Of a DNA stretch of 43,505 nucleotides, positions 20,099 to 28,574 are shown piece after piece. The stretch comes from Parcubacteria bacterium SG8_24 (GTDB taxonomy: Bacteria > Patescibacteriota > Patescibacteriia > SG8-24). Made by a program: the position numbers and the translations under genes. The stretch is from positions 1-43,505 of the forward strand of contig LJNP01000003.1 in NCBI GenBank assembly GCA_001303185.1, in the 5' to 3' direction. Each line of letters starts with the position of its first letter. Position 1 is the first letter of the stretch. The notes beneath the pieces are model-generated. The model was not told the DNA's origin, ran no database searches, and saw only the letters and a program-made list of their open reading frames with translations.

Positions 20099-20806
20099 TC
20101 AGGTCGCGGCCGGCTCCCGTCGCACGAAGGGGTACCGCACCATCAGAATATGCTCCACCGCAGTGACGCTGGGGCCGATGATCTGACCCTCGAAGTCGCC
20201 GACCGCCGCCGCCGACAGCCTCCGCCCGTCGTCACTGGGGACGATTACCGGGACCTGCACGACGGTCGGACCGTCGTAACGACGGATGAACGAGGTACCC
20301 AGCGCCGCCAGACCGTCCGGTACCGAATCGGCGTATTGCGTGGCGAACGACAGCAGGTGTGTGATGCGGGCCGGTTTCAGCCCCCTCGATTCCATGAACC
20401 GCGAGAACTGCGGCCAATCCAGATCCACCTTGATGCGGAAAAGCTGCATCCGCAGATAACGCGGTGAGTCGTCCTGCAGACGGCCGAACAGCTCCCGGAA
20501 ATCCGGCGCCACCTCGATGATACCCGCGGCCTGCGCCAGACCTTCCCAATCCGGATGACTGACCTTTTCCACCACGTAATGCCTCGGGCGTTCGAAGATT
20601 CCCTCCCAGGGCACGTCCGGACAGCCGACATCCCGCTCCGACGGGACGAACTGCTCCAGGCAGGAGGTGAGCCTCCCGTTGGCGATCGCCTGGACGACAT
20701 GAAAGTTCTCCAGGAGCCGCTTCAACTGTTCCTCCGTGGCGATACCGACCAGCTGATTGAATCTGGCATCCAGCCGGTCGATGAGCGACCAGTCCACATT
20801 ACTCAT
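20099..20806 (-). CDS. hypothetical protein (resembles a recurrent CPR family)
   Basis: GGAGGT SD before MSNVDW; motif GLKPARITHLLSFATQY...LAALGT...VPVI...GRRL; TTGACA-N17-TATTGT promoter; terminator at about 20073-20099. Confidence 0.7.
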   Translation of the reverse strand: MSNVDWSLIDRLDARFNQLVGIATEEQLKRLLENFHVVQAIANGRLTSCLEQFVPSERDVGCPDVPWEGIFERPRHYVVEKVSHPDWEGLAQAAGIIEVAPDFRELFGRLQDDSPRYLRMQLFRIKVDLDWPQFSRFMESRGLKPARITHLLSFATQYADSVPDGLAALGTSFIRRYDGPTVVQVPVIVPSDDGRRLSAAAVGDFEGQIIGPSVTAVEHILMVRYPFVRREPAAT

Positions 20807-21014
20807 GCTTGACCTCCGCTGAAAGGACCGAATCAGTCTCCATTTACTCAATGAACGTCCGGACACAATAACATCTGCTTTGAAGCCTGTCAACTCGCGA
20901 TATTTACCTTGATTTAGCCAAAAACATGATATATCCTACCCCGGTACCAAGGGTTGTCAAAATCCCTAAGCGGTGCTATATTCTTCATTGTCCGTCTGCC
21001 GGACCCGGAAGCTC

Positions 21015-21091
21015 GGGCGTGTAGCTCAGTCGGTTAGAGCGTCACACTGATAATGTGAAGGTCGGTGGTTCGAATCCACCCACGCCCACCA
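21015..21091 (+). tRNA. tRNA-Ile(GAT)
   Basis: Acceptor GGGCGTG/CACGCCC, anticodon arm TCACA-CTGATAA-TGTGA, T-loop TTCGAAT, encoded CCA; promoter TTGTCA (20954)-N17-TATATT. Confidence 0.97.
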
Positions 21092-21138
21092 CCAAGAAAT
21101 CGAACGGCCGGTCCCGTAACCGGCCGGCTGACCGATTT

Positions 21139-21630
21139 ATGATCCTGACCACTACAGACATCGTCATCCGCCTGGTGATCATCACCGTTTTGGCTGCGCT
21201 CATCGGTATGGAGCGGGAATATCACCGACGGCCCGCCGGTATCCGTACTAACGTCATGGTCGGCCTGGGCGCTACGCTCATGACTATGGCCTCCATCCAG
21301 ACGCCATCACTATGGGCTGACGTGACGACCGTCGACCCGGGTCGGATCGCGGCCCAGATCGTCAGCGGCATCGGTTTCATCGGTGCCGGCATCATCCTCC
21401 AACGAGGCAGCAAAAGGGTGATCGGTCTGACTACCGCAGCCACGCTATGGGTAGTGGCCGGACTCGGTATAGCCGTCGGTATGGGACTATACACCGAAGC
21501 GGTGGCCGCCACCATCCTGGTATTCATCACCTTCATCCTGCTGACCCGCGTGGTGGTGGCCGTCAGGTCCTATGCCAAGAGGAATCCGCCGAAATTCGAC
21601 AGCGACTTCGCGGACCTCATCGAAGAGTGA
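21139..21630 (+). CDS. mgtC: MgtC/SapB family membrane protein
   Basis: IGMERE..RPAGIRT, DPGRIAAQIVSGIGFIGAGII, GLTTAATLW. Confidence 0.92.
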   Translation: MILTTTDIVIRLVIITVLAALIGMEREYHRRPAGIRTNVMVGLGATLMTMASIQTPSLWADVTTVDPGRIAAQIVSGIGFIGAGIILQRGSKRVIGLTTAATLWVVAGLGIAVGMGLYTEAVAATILVFITFILLTRVVVAVRSYAKRNPPKFDSDFADLIEE

Positions 21631-21718
21631 AGCCGTTTCAGTATTGACGGCCCGAGGTAGCTCAGTGGTAGAGCAGTGGACAGCACCCTGAGGGGTGCGG
21701 TCGTATCATATCCGCTCT

Positions 21719-21834
21719 AAACATTTCCCGGATCGTGGTCGTGCCGAGGTAGCTCAGTGGTAGAGCAGTGGACTGAAAATCCACGTGTCGCCAGTTCAAT
21801 CCTGGCCCTCGGCACCACGATCCGGTAAATGTTT
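21719..21834. repeat. 21-bp inverted repeat bracketing tRNA-Phe
   Basis: AAACATTTCCCGGATCGTGGT (21719-21739) versus ACCACGATCCGGTAAATGTTT (21814-21834), 20/21 complementary; TCCGCT direct repeat at 21711 and 21835. Confidence 0.9.
21743..21817 (+). tRNA. tRNA-Phe(GAA)
   Basis: GCCGAGG/CCTCGGC acceptor, GTGGA-CTGAAAA-TCCAC anticodon arm, GCCAG-TTCAATC-CTGGC T-arm, ACCA. Confidence 0.97.
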
Positions 21835-21921
21835 TCCGCTGGGGCCGCGTGTCTTCAGTCCAATCCTGGCCCTCACCGCCATTCCTGAAGCGGTTTTACT
21901 TCCGACATAACATGACAATTT

Positions 21922-21997
21922 CGGGGTGTGGCCCAGCGGCTAGGGCGCCTGCTTTGGGAGCAGGAGATCGCGAGTTCGAGTCTCGCCGCCCCGACCA
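21922..21997 (+). tRNA. tRNA-Pro(TGG)
   Basis: CGGGGTG/CGCCCCG acceptor, CCTGC-TTTGGGA-GCAGG, T-arm GCGAG-TTCGAGT-CTCGC, ACCA. Confidence 0.95.
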
Positions 21998-22008
21998 ACA
22001 AAAAATGC

Positions 22009-22082
22009 GCGGGCGTAGTTCAATGGTAGAACACTAGCCTTCCAAGCTAGCCACGTGGGTTCGATTCCCATCGCCCGCTCCA
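22009..22082 (+). tRNA. tRNA-Gly(TCC)
   Basis: GCGGGCG/CGCCCGC acceptor, CTAGC-CTTCCAA-GCTAG, U discriminator plus CCA. Confidence 0.97.
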
Positions 22083-22139
22083 GCTCGAGGGACGCGTACG
22101 GAGTAGGTGTCCCGCGAGGTGGAATAACCCTGCCTTGAT

Positions 22140-22571
22140 ATGAATGATGATAGGCGACCGCAAGTAGGTGTGGCCGCCCTGATCGTCAGGGACGGCAAGA
22201 TACTTCTCGGCAAGCGACGCGGTTCCCACGGTGCCGGTAGTTGGTGCCTGCCTGGAGGCCACCTGGAGTGGAAGGAGGAACCTGCGGCCTGCGTGCAGCG
22301 CGAAGTCAAGGAAGAGACCGGTCTCGACGTGATCTCCAGCCGGCCGTTCGCCTTCACCAATGACGTCTTCGCGGCGGAAGAGAAACATTACGTGACCCTT
22401 TTCCTGCTTACCGAGGTCGCGCCAGGCGACGCCGAGCTGCTGGAGCCGGAAAAATGCGAATCTTGGGGCTGGTTTCCGGTCGACGACCTGCCTTCACCGC
22501 TTTTCCTGCCGATCCGTAACCTGATTGCCTCAGGTTTCGATCTCAGGTCATTCATCTTGGATCTCGCGTGA
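22140..22571 (+). CDS. NUDIX hydrolase (MTH2/NUDT15-like)
   Basis: RPQVGVAALI, LLGKRRGSHGAGSWCLPGGHLE...REVKEETGL (Nudix box), EPEKCESWGWF. Confidence 0.93.
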   Translation: MNDDRRPQVGVAALIVRDGKILLGKRRGSHGAGSWCLPGGHLEWKEEPAACVQREVKEETGLDVISSRPFAFTNDVFAAEEKHYVTLFLLTEVAPGDAELLEPEKCESWGWFPVDDLPSPLFLPIRNLIASGFDLRSFILDLA

Positions 22572-22649
22572 ACCGTATCGTGGCCGTAGATCCAGCCGGA
22601 CTTTGACATCGTTATCACGGACGTATCCGATCATCTTGAGGAGGTTAGA

Positions 22650-22961
22650 GTGGTTTCAATGCGTACCATGCCGGCCCGCATCGACGGGATCTGGGAGGCG
22701 TATGAGCTCTGGCGTCCCGATCCGTCCCGCAAGTCCTCCAAAAGGAGACATGTGAGATTCTTCACCCGCAGCGGCGATGCCGAGGAATACGTCAGACCTT
22801 TCGGACTCCGGGGGAGGATCCGGTTCCATCAGGCGGTCTTCTTCGCCGACGGTAGGATCTACTTGCTCCGTTCGGGTGACCCGATCGAGCTCGGCGGGCC
22901 CTCTCCGGACTTCCAAGAATCCGGGAGCCCGACGGACGGTCGGTGCGGAGACAGCAAATGA
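22650..22961 (+). CDS. hypothetical protein
   Basis: GAGGAGGT SD before GTG; ATGA overlap with the next ORF. Confidence 0.6.
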   Translation: MVSMRTMPARIDGIWEAYELWRPDPSRKSSKRRHVRFFTRSGDAEEYVRPFGLRGRIRFHQAVFFADGRIYLLRSGDPIELGGPSPDFQESGSPTDGRCGDSK

Positions 22962-23239
22962 TCCGGTTCGCGCCTGGACAGATTGACGTCTGGCGGGTGC
23001 TCCGTAGTACGGCCGAAGACGGAGTCCGTCAGGTCGTGATGGGTTATTTCTTCCAGGTCCGCAATGCCTGTAATCTGGCCCTCCGGATCAATCAGGCCGG
23101 GAACGGGCCGGCGGTAGTCAACGGCTGCCGTGCCCTCCTCTTGCCCGGCGGACTGATCCTGCCCGCTGCCGATACGGATTCCGTCAGGCCGCAGCGCTGC
23201 CTGGACGACCCTTCCGTAAGGGCTCTGCCCGATCGGTGA
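22958..23239 (+). CDS. hypothetical protein, possible paralog of the upstream ORF
   Basis: ATGA translational coupling; terminator CCCCGC-CCC-GCGGGG-TTTTTT at 23244-23268. Confidence 0.55.
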   Translation: MIRFAPGQIDVWRVLRSTAEDGVRQVVMGYFFQVRNACNLALRINQAGNGPAVVNGCRALLLPGGLILPAADTDSVRPQRCLDDPSVRALPDR

Positions 23240-23301
23240 ACTGCCCCGCCCCGCGGGGTTTTTTCTTTCGGTTAGGTCCGGTCTTGCGGTATCATGACGA
23301 G

Positions 23302-24702
23302 ATGAAGCTGACTGATATGAGACTGGTCCCGAAACCGTCACTGGCGACGTTCTGCCTGGGCACGGCCCTGGTCATCCTGCTTACCATGACCGCCTTTGTC
23401 GTCTACGGAAGGGCGGCCGACCTGGCTTCGGAAACCTCAATCCCGCCCCATCTGCCCGCCATGAGATCGCTGTTGACGGTACTGTTCATCGGTCTGACGG
23501 CGGCTGCCGCCCTCCTGATCGCCTGGCATCACCAACTGTTATCGGGGGCGAATCGGAGACTTGTGGCGCTGACCATCTCCGCCGGACTGCTGCTGATGCT
23601 GGTCGGTATCTCTTTCGCGCCGATCGGATCGGCCGACGTCTACTGGTACACGCTGTCAGGGCGCTCCTTGGTGCTCCATGGTGATAACCCTTATGCCGGT
23701 TCCCCGTTCTCACACGCCGACGACATCTTCATCGGCTATGTCGATCGGTGGGCCGACCATTCGACCCCCTATGGACCGCTGCTGACCGCCCTCACGGCGC
23801 TGCCGATACTCCTGTCCGGTAATCCCGCCATGCAGGTAAGGTTGATGAGAGCCCTGATGGTATTGGGATACGTCCTGGCCGGCCTACTGATCTTCCGTGA
23901 GCTGCGGACGTCAGGGAAGCGACGAGCCGGGACCTTCCTGGCCCTCTGGTTCATCAATCCTTTCGCCGTATTCGAGGTCGCCAATGCCGGACACAATGAA
24001 GGGCTGCTGGCCCTGCCCCTGGCCCTATTGGTCATCGGCCTCATGAGACGCGATCCAGTGCGTCCGTCGGTCGCCCTGACCGCAGCGGCCCTCATGAAAT
24101 GGTGGCCGGCCATATTAGCGCCGCTGCTCATGCGTTTCCGGCGGGCCGGCAAGAGGCGCTGGGTGATCGCTGTCACAGCCTCCATCCTACTGATGATCGC
24201 TGCGGCCGCGCCGTTCGGATCTGCCCTGATACAGGCCGTAGGCCTTCGGCATCATGTCGCCTACGATTATCCGTTCTATTTCGGGCCGGTCCTGTTCATC
24301 CTCTGGGTGATTGCCCTATCTTTTACCGCCCCGGCTGCCGCCCTCATCGCCGCCAAGATGACCGGCGGCCTGCTGTTGCTGGGTCTGCTGATCTTCGTCA
24401 TGTCGGGACTCCACCGTCGTCGATATGAAGCTGCTCCGGCTGCCCTGCTCATCTCACTGTCTTTCCTGATGATCTCGCCGTGGGTACAGCCGTGGTACGG
24501 CATCGCGCTGCTGCCTTTCTTCGCCTCCCTGAAGACCCGGACGATGTTCGTCTCGTTCATCGTGGCCGGCCTGGCCGGTTTCACCGCCTATTCTGCCTCT
24601 TCGGTCGCCGTTACCCTTTGTGCTCTGACCGCTTACGCGATCATCCGAATCTTCCTGACCGCGACGTCTCTGGCGAGTAACCCGAAACCGCGACCCCACT
24701 GA
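23302..24702 (+). CDS. GT-C polyprenol-phosphate-sugar glycosyltransferase (MptA/MptB, GT87-like; start uncertain)
   Basis: More than 10 TM helices; SADVYWY, G.NPY, TPYGPL, NPFAVFE..AGHNEG, conserved K, QPWY. Confidence 0.8.
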   Translation: MKLTDMRLVPKPSLATFCLGTALVILLTMTAFVVYGRAADLASETSIPPHLPAMRSLLTVLFIGLTAAAALLIAWHHQLLSGANRRLVALTISAGLLLMLVGISFAPIGSADVYWYTLSGRSLVLHGDNPYAGSPFSHADDIFIGYVDRWADHSTPYGPLLTALTALPILLSGNPAMQVRLMRALMVLGYVLAGLLIFRELRTSGKRRAGTFLALWFINPFAVFEVANAGHNEGLLALPLALLVIGLMRRDPVRPSVALTAAALMKWWPAILAPLLMRFRRAGKRRWVIAVTASILLMIAAAAPFGSALIQAVGLRHHVAYDYPFYFGPVLFILWVIALSFTAPAAALIAAKMTGGLLLLGLLIFVMSGLHRRRYEAAPAALLISLSFLMISPWVQPWYGIALLPFFASLKTRTMFVSFIVAGLAGFTAYSASSVAVTLCALTAYAIIRIFLTATSLASNPKPRPH

Positions 24703-24739
24703 GACCGGACCGGATTGAAAAAGGAGTGACTCGATCATG

Positions 24740-26014
24740 TCACTCCTGTTCTTCGTCGTCCGGCGACCCGGCGCTGTGGACGGCCTGGGCTGGTCTCTGG
24801 TAGACGTTCGCCCGGCCGGCTTCCCGCGGTTCAGGATGCGGCTTCCGGTAAATGGCCGGTTCCGAACCCTCCATGGTAAAGAGAACTTCGTCGCCGTGCT
24901 CCAGCGCACCGCACTCGATGCTGGTGGACAGCGGCAAGGTGACCCGCTTATGGACCACGTCCCTGAGCGGACGCAACCCATAGAGTCGGTTCGATCCTTC
25001 CTGGAGGAGAAAGGCCTTGAACTCCTCGCTGAAGTGCAGGAGCATCGGCGGGGCAGTCGTCCCGCGTCGTCCGGAGACCTTCTCCTGCTCGAGACTCAAC
25101 ATCAGTTCCAGGACCTTCAGGCGACTGGAATAATCCAGCGTCCGGAAGATGATGATCTCGCTACGCAGGCGTCCGACCAGCTCCGGAGCGAACCTCTCCT
25201 CGATCAGCTTGACCGTATCCCCGTAGATCCGCTGATCCAACAGGTCGGCGTTCTGGCTGATGTCGGACTCGGGCGTTCCGAAGCCCATCTGGTGCGACTT
25301 GCCGGCGAGCAGCTCCTGCTGACGCCGGCCTCCGACGTTGCAGGTGAGGATCACCACGCTGTTGCGGAAATCGGTGATTTCCCCGTTAGCCATGGTAAGC
25401 TCGCCGTCGTCGATGATGTGCAGCAGCAGGTTCCACAGGTCGTTATGCGCCTTCTCTACCTCGTCAAAGAGGATGACCGATAGGTAGGGGCGGTACTCCT
25501 GGTAGAAATTCGCCAGCACATCCTCCAGCTTCTTCGGATCGCGATCCCGGAACCGTTTCTCGAGGAAGGGGCGGGCCTTGACCCAGAAGTGCGGTTCGTC
25601 GATCTTCATCTGCGAGAGCATCCCCGGCTTGTCCGACTGGACATAGCCGGGCGGCGATCCGATCAGCTCGGAGACCCGGTGGCTCTCCTTGTACTTACCG
25701 CACTGGATCCTGATGAGTGGGGCATGGGGCTGGTCGGCGACCAGGCAACGTGCCAGCTCTTCAGCCATCAGCGTCTTGCCGACTCCTGTGGGCCCGGAGA
25801 AGATGAACGAACCGATGGGTCGGCGTCCGTCGCCGAGTCCGGAGTAATAGATGGAGAAACGGCGGGCCACGTGCTCAGCCGCCCTCTCCTGACCGATGAC
25901 GCGGCTCGTGAGATGGTCGAAGATCGCCTGGGTCTTCGGGCCGAATCTCTCGATCTCCACCCGCTCGGTGAAGGCGCGACTGTCACCATGCTTAAGGGTG
26001 CTGTCGTTGCCCAT
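24740..26014 (-). CDS. single-domain Clp/Hsp100 AAA+ ATPase (ClpA/B/C NBD2-like)
   Basis: RVIGQERA, RPIGSFIFSGPTGVGKT, LIGSPPGYV, ILFDEVEKAH, DFRNSVVILTCN, FAPELVGRL, YGLRPLR; AAGGAGG SD. Confidence 0.88.
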   Translation of the reverse strand: MGNDSTLKHGDSRAFTERVEIERFGPKTQAIFDHLTSRVIGQERAAEHVARRFSIYYSGLGDGRRPIGSFIFSGPTGVGKTLMAEELARCLVADQPHAPLIRIQCGKYKESHRVSELIGSPPGYVQSDKPGMLSQMKIDEPHFWVKARPFLEKRFRDRDPKKLEDVLANFYQEYRPYLSVILFDEVEKAHNDLWNLLLHIIDDGELTMANGEITDFRNSVVILTCNVGGRRQQELLAGKSHQMGFGTPESDISQNADLLDQRIYGDTVKLIEERFAPELVGRLRSEIIIFRTLDYSSRLKVLELMLSLEQEKVSGRRGTTAPPMLLHFSEEFKAFLLQEGSNRLYGLRPLRDVVHKRVTLPLSTSIECGALEHGDEVLFTMEGSEPAIYRKPHPEPREAGRANVYQRPAQAVHSAGSPDDEEQE

Positions 26015-26185
26015 GCGCGGCCTCCTTATCAGACACCATATACCGTATATCTTTGCGAAAAGCGCCACGGAAACGGCGACTTCCGTACTTGAAGGAACTT
26101 ACCTGAAGTATAACCGACCGGGACGTTTGGTCAACGTCCCGGTCATCGGTCTGCGGATCCGCTTAAACCGCAGTTTACGCTCAAA

Positions 26186-27133
26186 TCAGCGGAAAAACCG
26201 TCTGTAATAAGTGGCGGCTTTCTCCGGCGGTATGGGGTTGATGATGATGCCCGAGCCTATCTCCACCCCGGCCCAGACACTACCCCGGGGCGTGATCTTC
26301 ATGTACAGATGCTGGTCCTGATCGTAGATGATCTGGTGGAAGTAGTAGTTATACGGTAACCCGAGATCGCCGATCGCCCGCAGCGCCCGCTTAAGTGCCT
26401 TGGCCCAACTCTTCCTTTCCTGACCGTTCAGGGCCGTGATGTTGTCGAGGTGACGACGCGGCAATATCCAAAGCTCGTAATTGTGCATCGAAGCGTACGG
26501 CGTGAAGACAACTATCTGATCGTCCTCATGAACCAAACGCGGCCCGCGACTCTCCTGTCCGATCACGTCGCAATAGGGGCAGGTGCCGTGATGGAGTTTG
26601 TATTCGAAGGTCTTCTTCGATTTGTCCAGGAGGTGGGGCGGAATGAAATCGGTCGCGAAGATCTGCGAATGGGAGTGGGCGATCGAAGCGCCGGCGCGAC
26701 CGCCGTCATTCTTGAAGATGAGGATGTACTGAATCCGGGGGTCTTCGGTCAGTTCCACCGTCCGTGCCGCATAGGCCTCTAGCAGTTCGACGACGGCGCT
26801 GACCGGCAGATCATCCAGCTGCCTCTCGGGATGAGGCGTTTCGATGACGACCTCCTGGACCCCATAGGCCCGGGGATTATCGACGCTCACTGCCGGAAAC
26901 CGGTTGGACACCACCTTGATACGCCAGTCCGAACGGGGTCCGACCGTAAGCAGGGCCTTTTCCTGATCTATCTCCTCCGGACACAAGGCGCACTCCCGGG
27001 CATCTCGACGGCCATCGCGCTCCGGACGACGGACAGTATACGGACGACCGGCCCGACGCGGAGCGATGAGCACATACTTGTCCTGGATGTAATCCTTGCG
27101 CAACTCGGACCGTGGGCGTCTGGTTGAAGGCAT
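26186..27133 (-). CDS. galT: galactose-1-phosphate uridylyltransferase (GalT/HIT family)
   Basis: SELRKD..VLIAPRRAGRP, CALC, VVSNRFPA, G.QEVVIETP, FKNDG..AGASIAHSHSQ, CPYC, INPIPPE. Confidence 0.85.
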   Translation of the reverse strand: MPSTRRPRSELRKDYIQDKYVLIAPRRAGRPYTVRRPERDGRRDARECALCPEEIDQEKALLTVGPRSDWRIKVVSNRFPAVSVDNPRAYGVQEVVIETPHPERQLDDLPVSAVVELLEAYAARTVELTEDPRIQYILIFKNDGGRAGASIAHSHSQIFATDFIPPHLLDKSKKTFEYKLHHGTCPYCDVIGQESRGPRLVHEDDQIVVFTPYASMHNYELWILPRRHLDNITALNGQERKSWAKALKRALRAIGDLGLPYNYYFHQIIYDQDQHLYMKITPRGSVWAGVEIGSGIIINPIPPEKAATYYRRFFR

Positions 27134-27182
27134 AAGACACTGACGTGAAGCGTTTATGGAGAGGTCCGGTGACGGGCCGGGC

Positions 27183-27695
27183 TCAGACCTGCTGACGGTA
27201 GAACGTCCGGGTATGGGCCAAGGTGATGGCCAGAGCCAGGGCATCCGCCGCATCATCAGGCCGAGGTGTCTCGCGCAGGTTAAGCAGCATCTGCACCATC
27301 TTCTGCATCTCCTTCTTGCCGGCCCGCCCATGTCCGCAGACCGCCACCTTGACCTCGGAAGGCCCGAACTCACGATAGGGAATACGATTGTTCTCGAGAC
27401 AGAGCCGGATGACCCCGCGGGCCTCCGCGACCGACATGGCGGTCTTGACGTTCTTGGAGAAGAATATCCTCTCCAGGGCGACATGCGACGGACGGAACCT
27501 CTCCACTACCTCCTCGAGTCGGGCATACAGCTCCTGCAGCCTGGCCGCCGCCGGTAGGGCCGGCGAGGTCTGGATGCTGCCGTAGGTCAGACAGCGCTCC
27601 CGGCTGTCCTTGATCTCGATGACGCCATACCCGAGATCGGCGAATCCCGGATCCAATCCCAGATAGACGGTGCTGACCGGACGGTAAGGCGTCAT
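27183..27695 (-). CDS. ruvC: Holliday junction resolvase RuvC
   Basis: LGLDPG..GYGVI, ALERIFFSKN, ARGV, VKVAVCGHGRAGK, PDDAADALALA. Confidence 0.97.
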   Translation of the reverse strand: MTPYRPVSTVYLGLDPGFADLGYGVIEIKDSRERCLTYGSIQTSPALPAAARLQELYARLEEVVERFRPSHVALERIFFSKNVKTAMSVAEARGVIRLCLENNRIPYREFGPSEVKVAVCGHGRAGKKEMQKMVQMLLNLRETPRPDDAADALALAITLAHTRTFYRQQV

Positions 27696-28414
27696 ATGAA
27701 CTCGGCTGACGTATATATCTCGTTGACGTCCTCATCGTCATCCAATGACTCCAGAAGACCCTCCAGACTTTTCCGCTCCGCCCCGCCGACACTGACCGGT
27801 TCCTTGCAGACCCATTCCAAACCGGCCGACCCGACCTCCAGGCCGACGGCCTCGGCCGCCTCACGGATGCGGCTCAGGTCGGTGGCCGGAGCCAAGGCGA
27901 TCTGCCGCCCCTCTTCTTCGGCGATATCCTCAGTACCGGCGTCGATAAGGGCCATTTCCTGACCTTCGGTCAACGGTTGGCCCTCTTTGAGACGGATGAC
28001 GGCCCGCCGTTCGAACATCCACTGTACCGCTCCCGAACCGGCCAGGTTACCGCCGTACCTGCCGAACAGATGTTTCAGATTGGCGCTGGTCCGGTTACGG
28101 TTGTCCGTCAACGCTTCCACCAGTACGGCTATGCCGCCGGGACCGAAACCCTCATAGAGTACCTCCTCGATGTTGTCGCCTCCGATCTCACCGGTCCCCC
28201 GTTTGACCGCCTTATCGATGTTATCCTTGGGCATGTTACCGGATACCGCACTGTCGATCGCCGTACGCAACCTGAAATTGAACTCGGGGTCACCGCCGCC
28301 CTCGCGGGCCGCTACGGTGATCGCTTTGGCCAGCTTGGTGAAGAGCGCCGCCCGCCGCTTGTCGGCAGCGCCTTTCCGGTGTCTGATATTGGCCCATTTG
28401 GAGTGTCCCGACAT
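27692..28414 (-). CDS. yebC: YebC/PmpR family protein
   Basis: MSGHSKWANIRHRKG, YEGFGPGG, TDNRNRT; canonical yebC-ruvC pair. Confidence 0.97.
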   Translation of the reverse strand: MSGHSKWANIRHRKGAADKRRAALFTKLAKAITVAAREGGGDPEFNFRLRTAIDSAVSGNMPKDNIDKAVKRGTGEIGGDNIEEVLYEGFGPGGIAVLVEALTDNRNRTSANLKHLFGRYGGNLAGSGAVQWMFERRAVIRLKEGQPLTEGQEMALIDAGTEDIAEEEGRQIALAPATDLSRIREAAEAVGLEVGSAGLEWVCKEPVSVGGAERKSLEGLLESLDDDEDVNEIYTSAEFI

Positions 28415-28511
28415 AAGTCGCGTGAGCTGATGCTGAAATCCTATCATCCGCTGATGCAATTCACAACGCGCCCGGCGGCCCGCCGGATACCGACATCGCG
28501 GCCGGAAAACC

Positions 28512-28547
28512 AAAAACCGAACGGTCCGGCCGATGAGGCCGGACCGT
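28512..28547 (-). terminator. terminator after rpoC
   Basis: ACGGTCCGGCC-N5-GGCCGGACCGT hairpin, followed on the minus strand by TCGGTTTTT. Confidence 0.6.
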
Positions 28548-28574
28548 CATGACATCAATGGATGATCCCGCCCG

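Larger units (their letters stand above)
21651..21881 (+). pseudogene. interrupted/degenerate second tRNA-Phe: 5' half 21652-21681 and 3' half 21845-21881 enclosing the intact tRNA-Phe
   Basis: 21652-21681 is identical to nt 2-31 of the tRNA-Phe (30/30). 21845-21874 matches 21781-21810 at 26/30 and is followed by ACCGCCA. Confidence 0.8.

Noticed and set aside
21015-23268. Prophage or integrative element at the tRNA cluster
   Set aside because: No integrase, transposase or phage gene, and no distant att repeat noticed; the duplicated tRNA halves are only about 160 bp apart.
26670-26700. GalT active site HSH instead of HPH as a sign of inactivation
   Set aside because: Both histidines and the following Gln are kept; the middle residue varies in this family.
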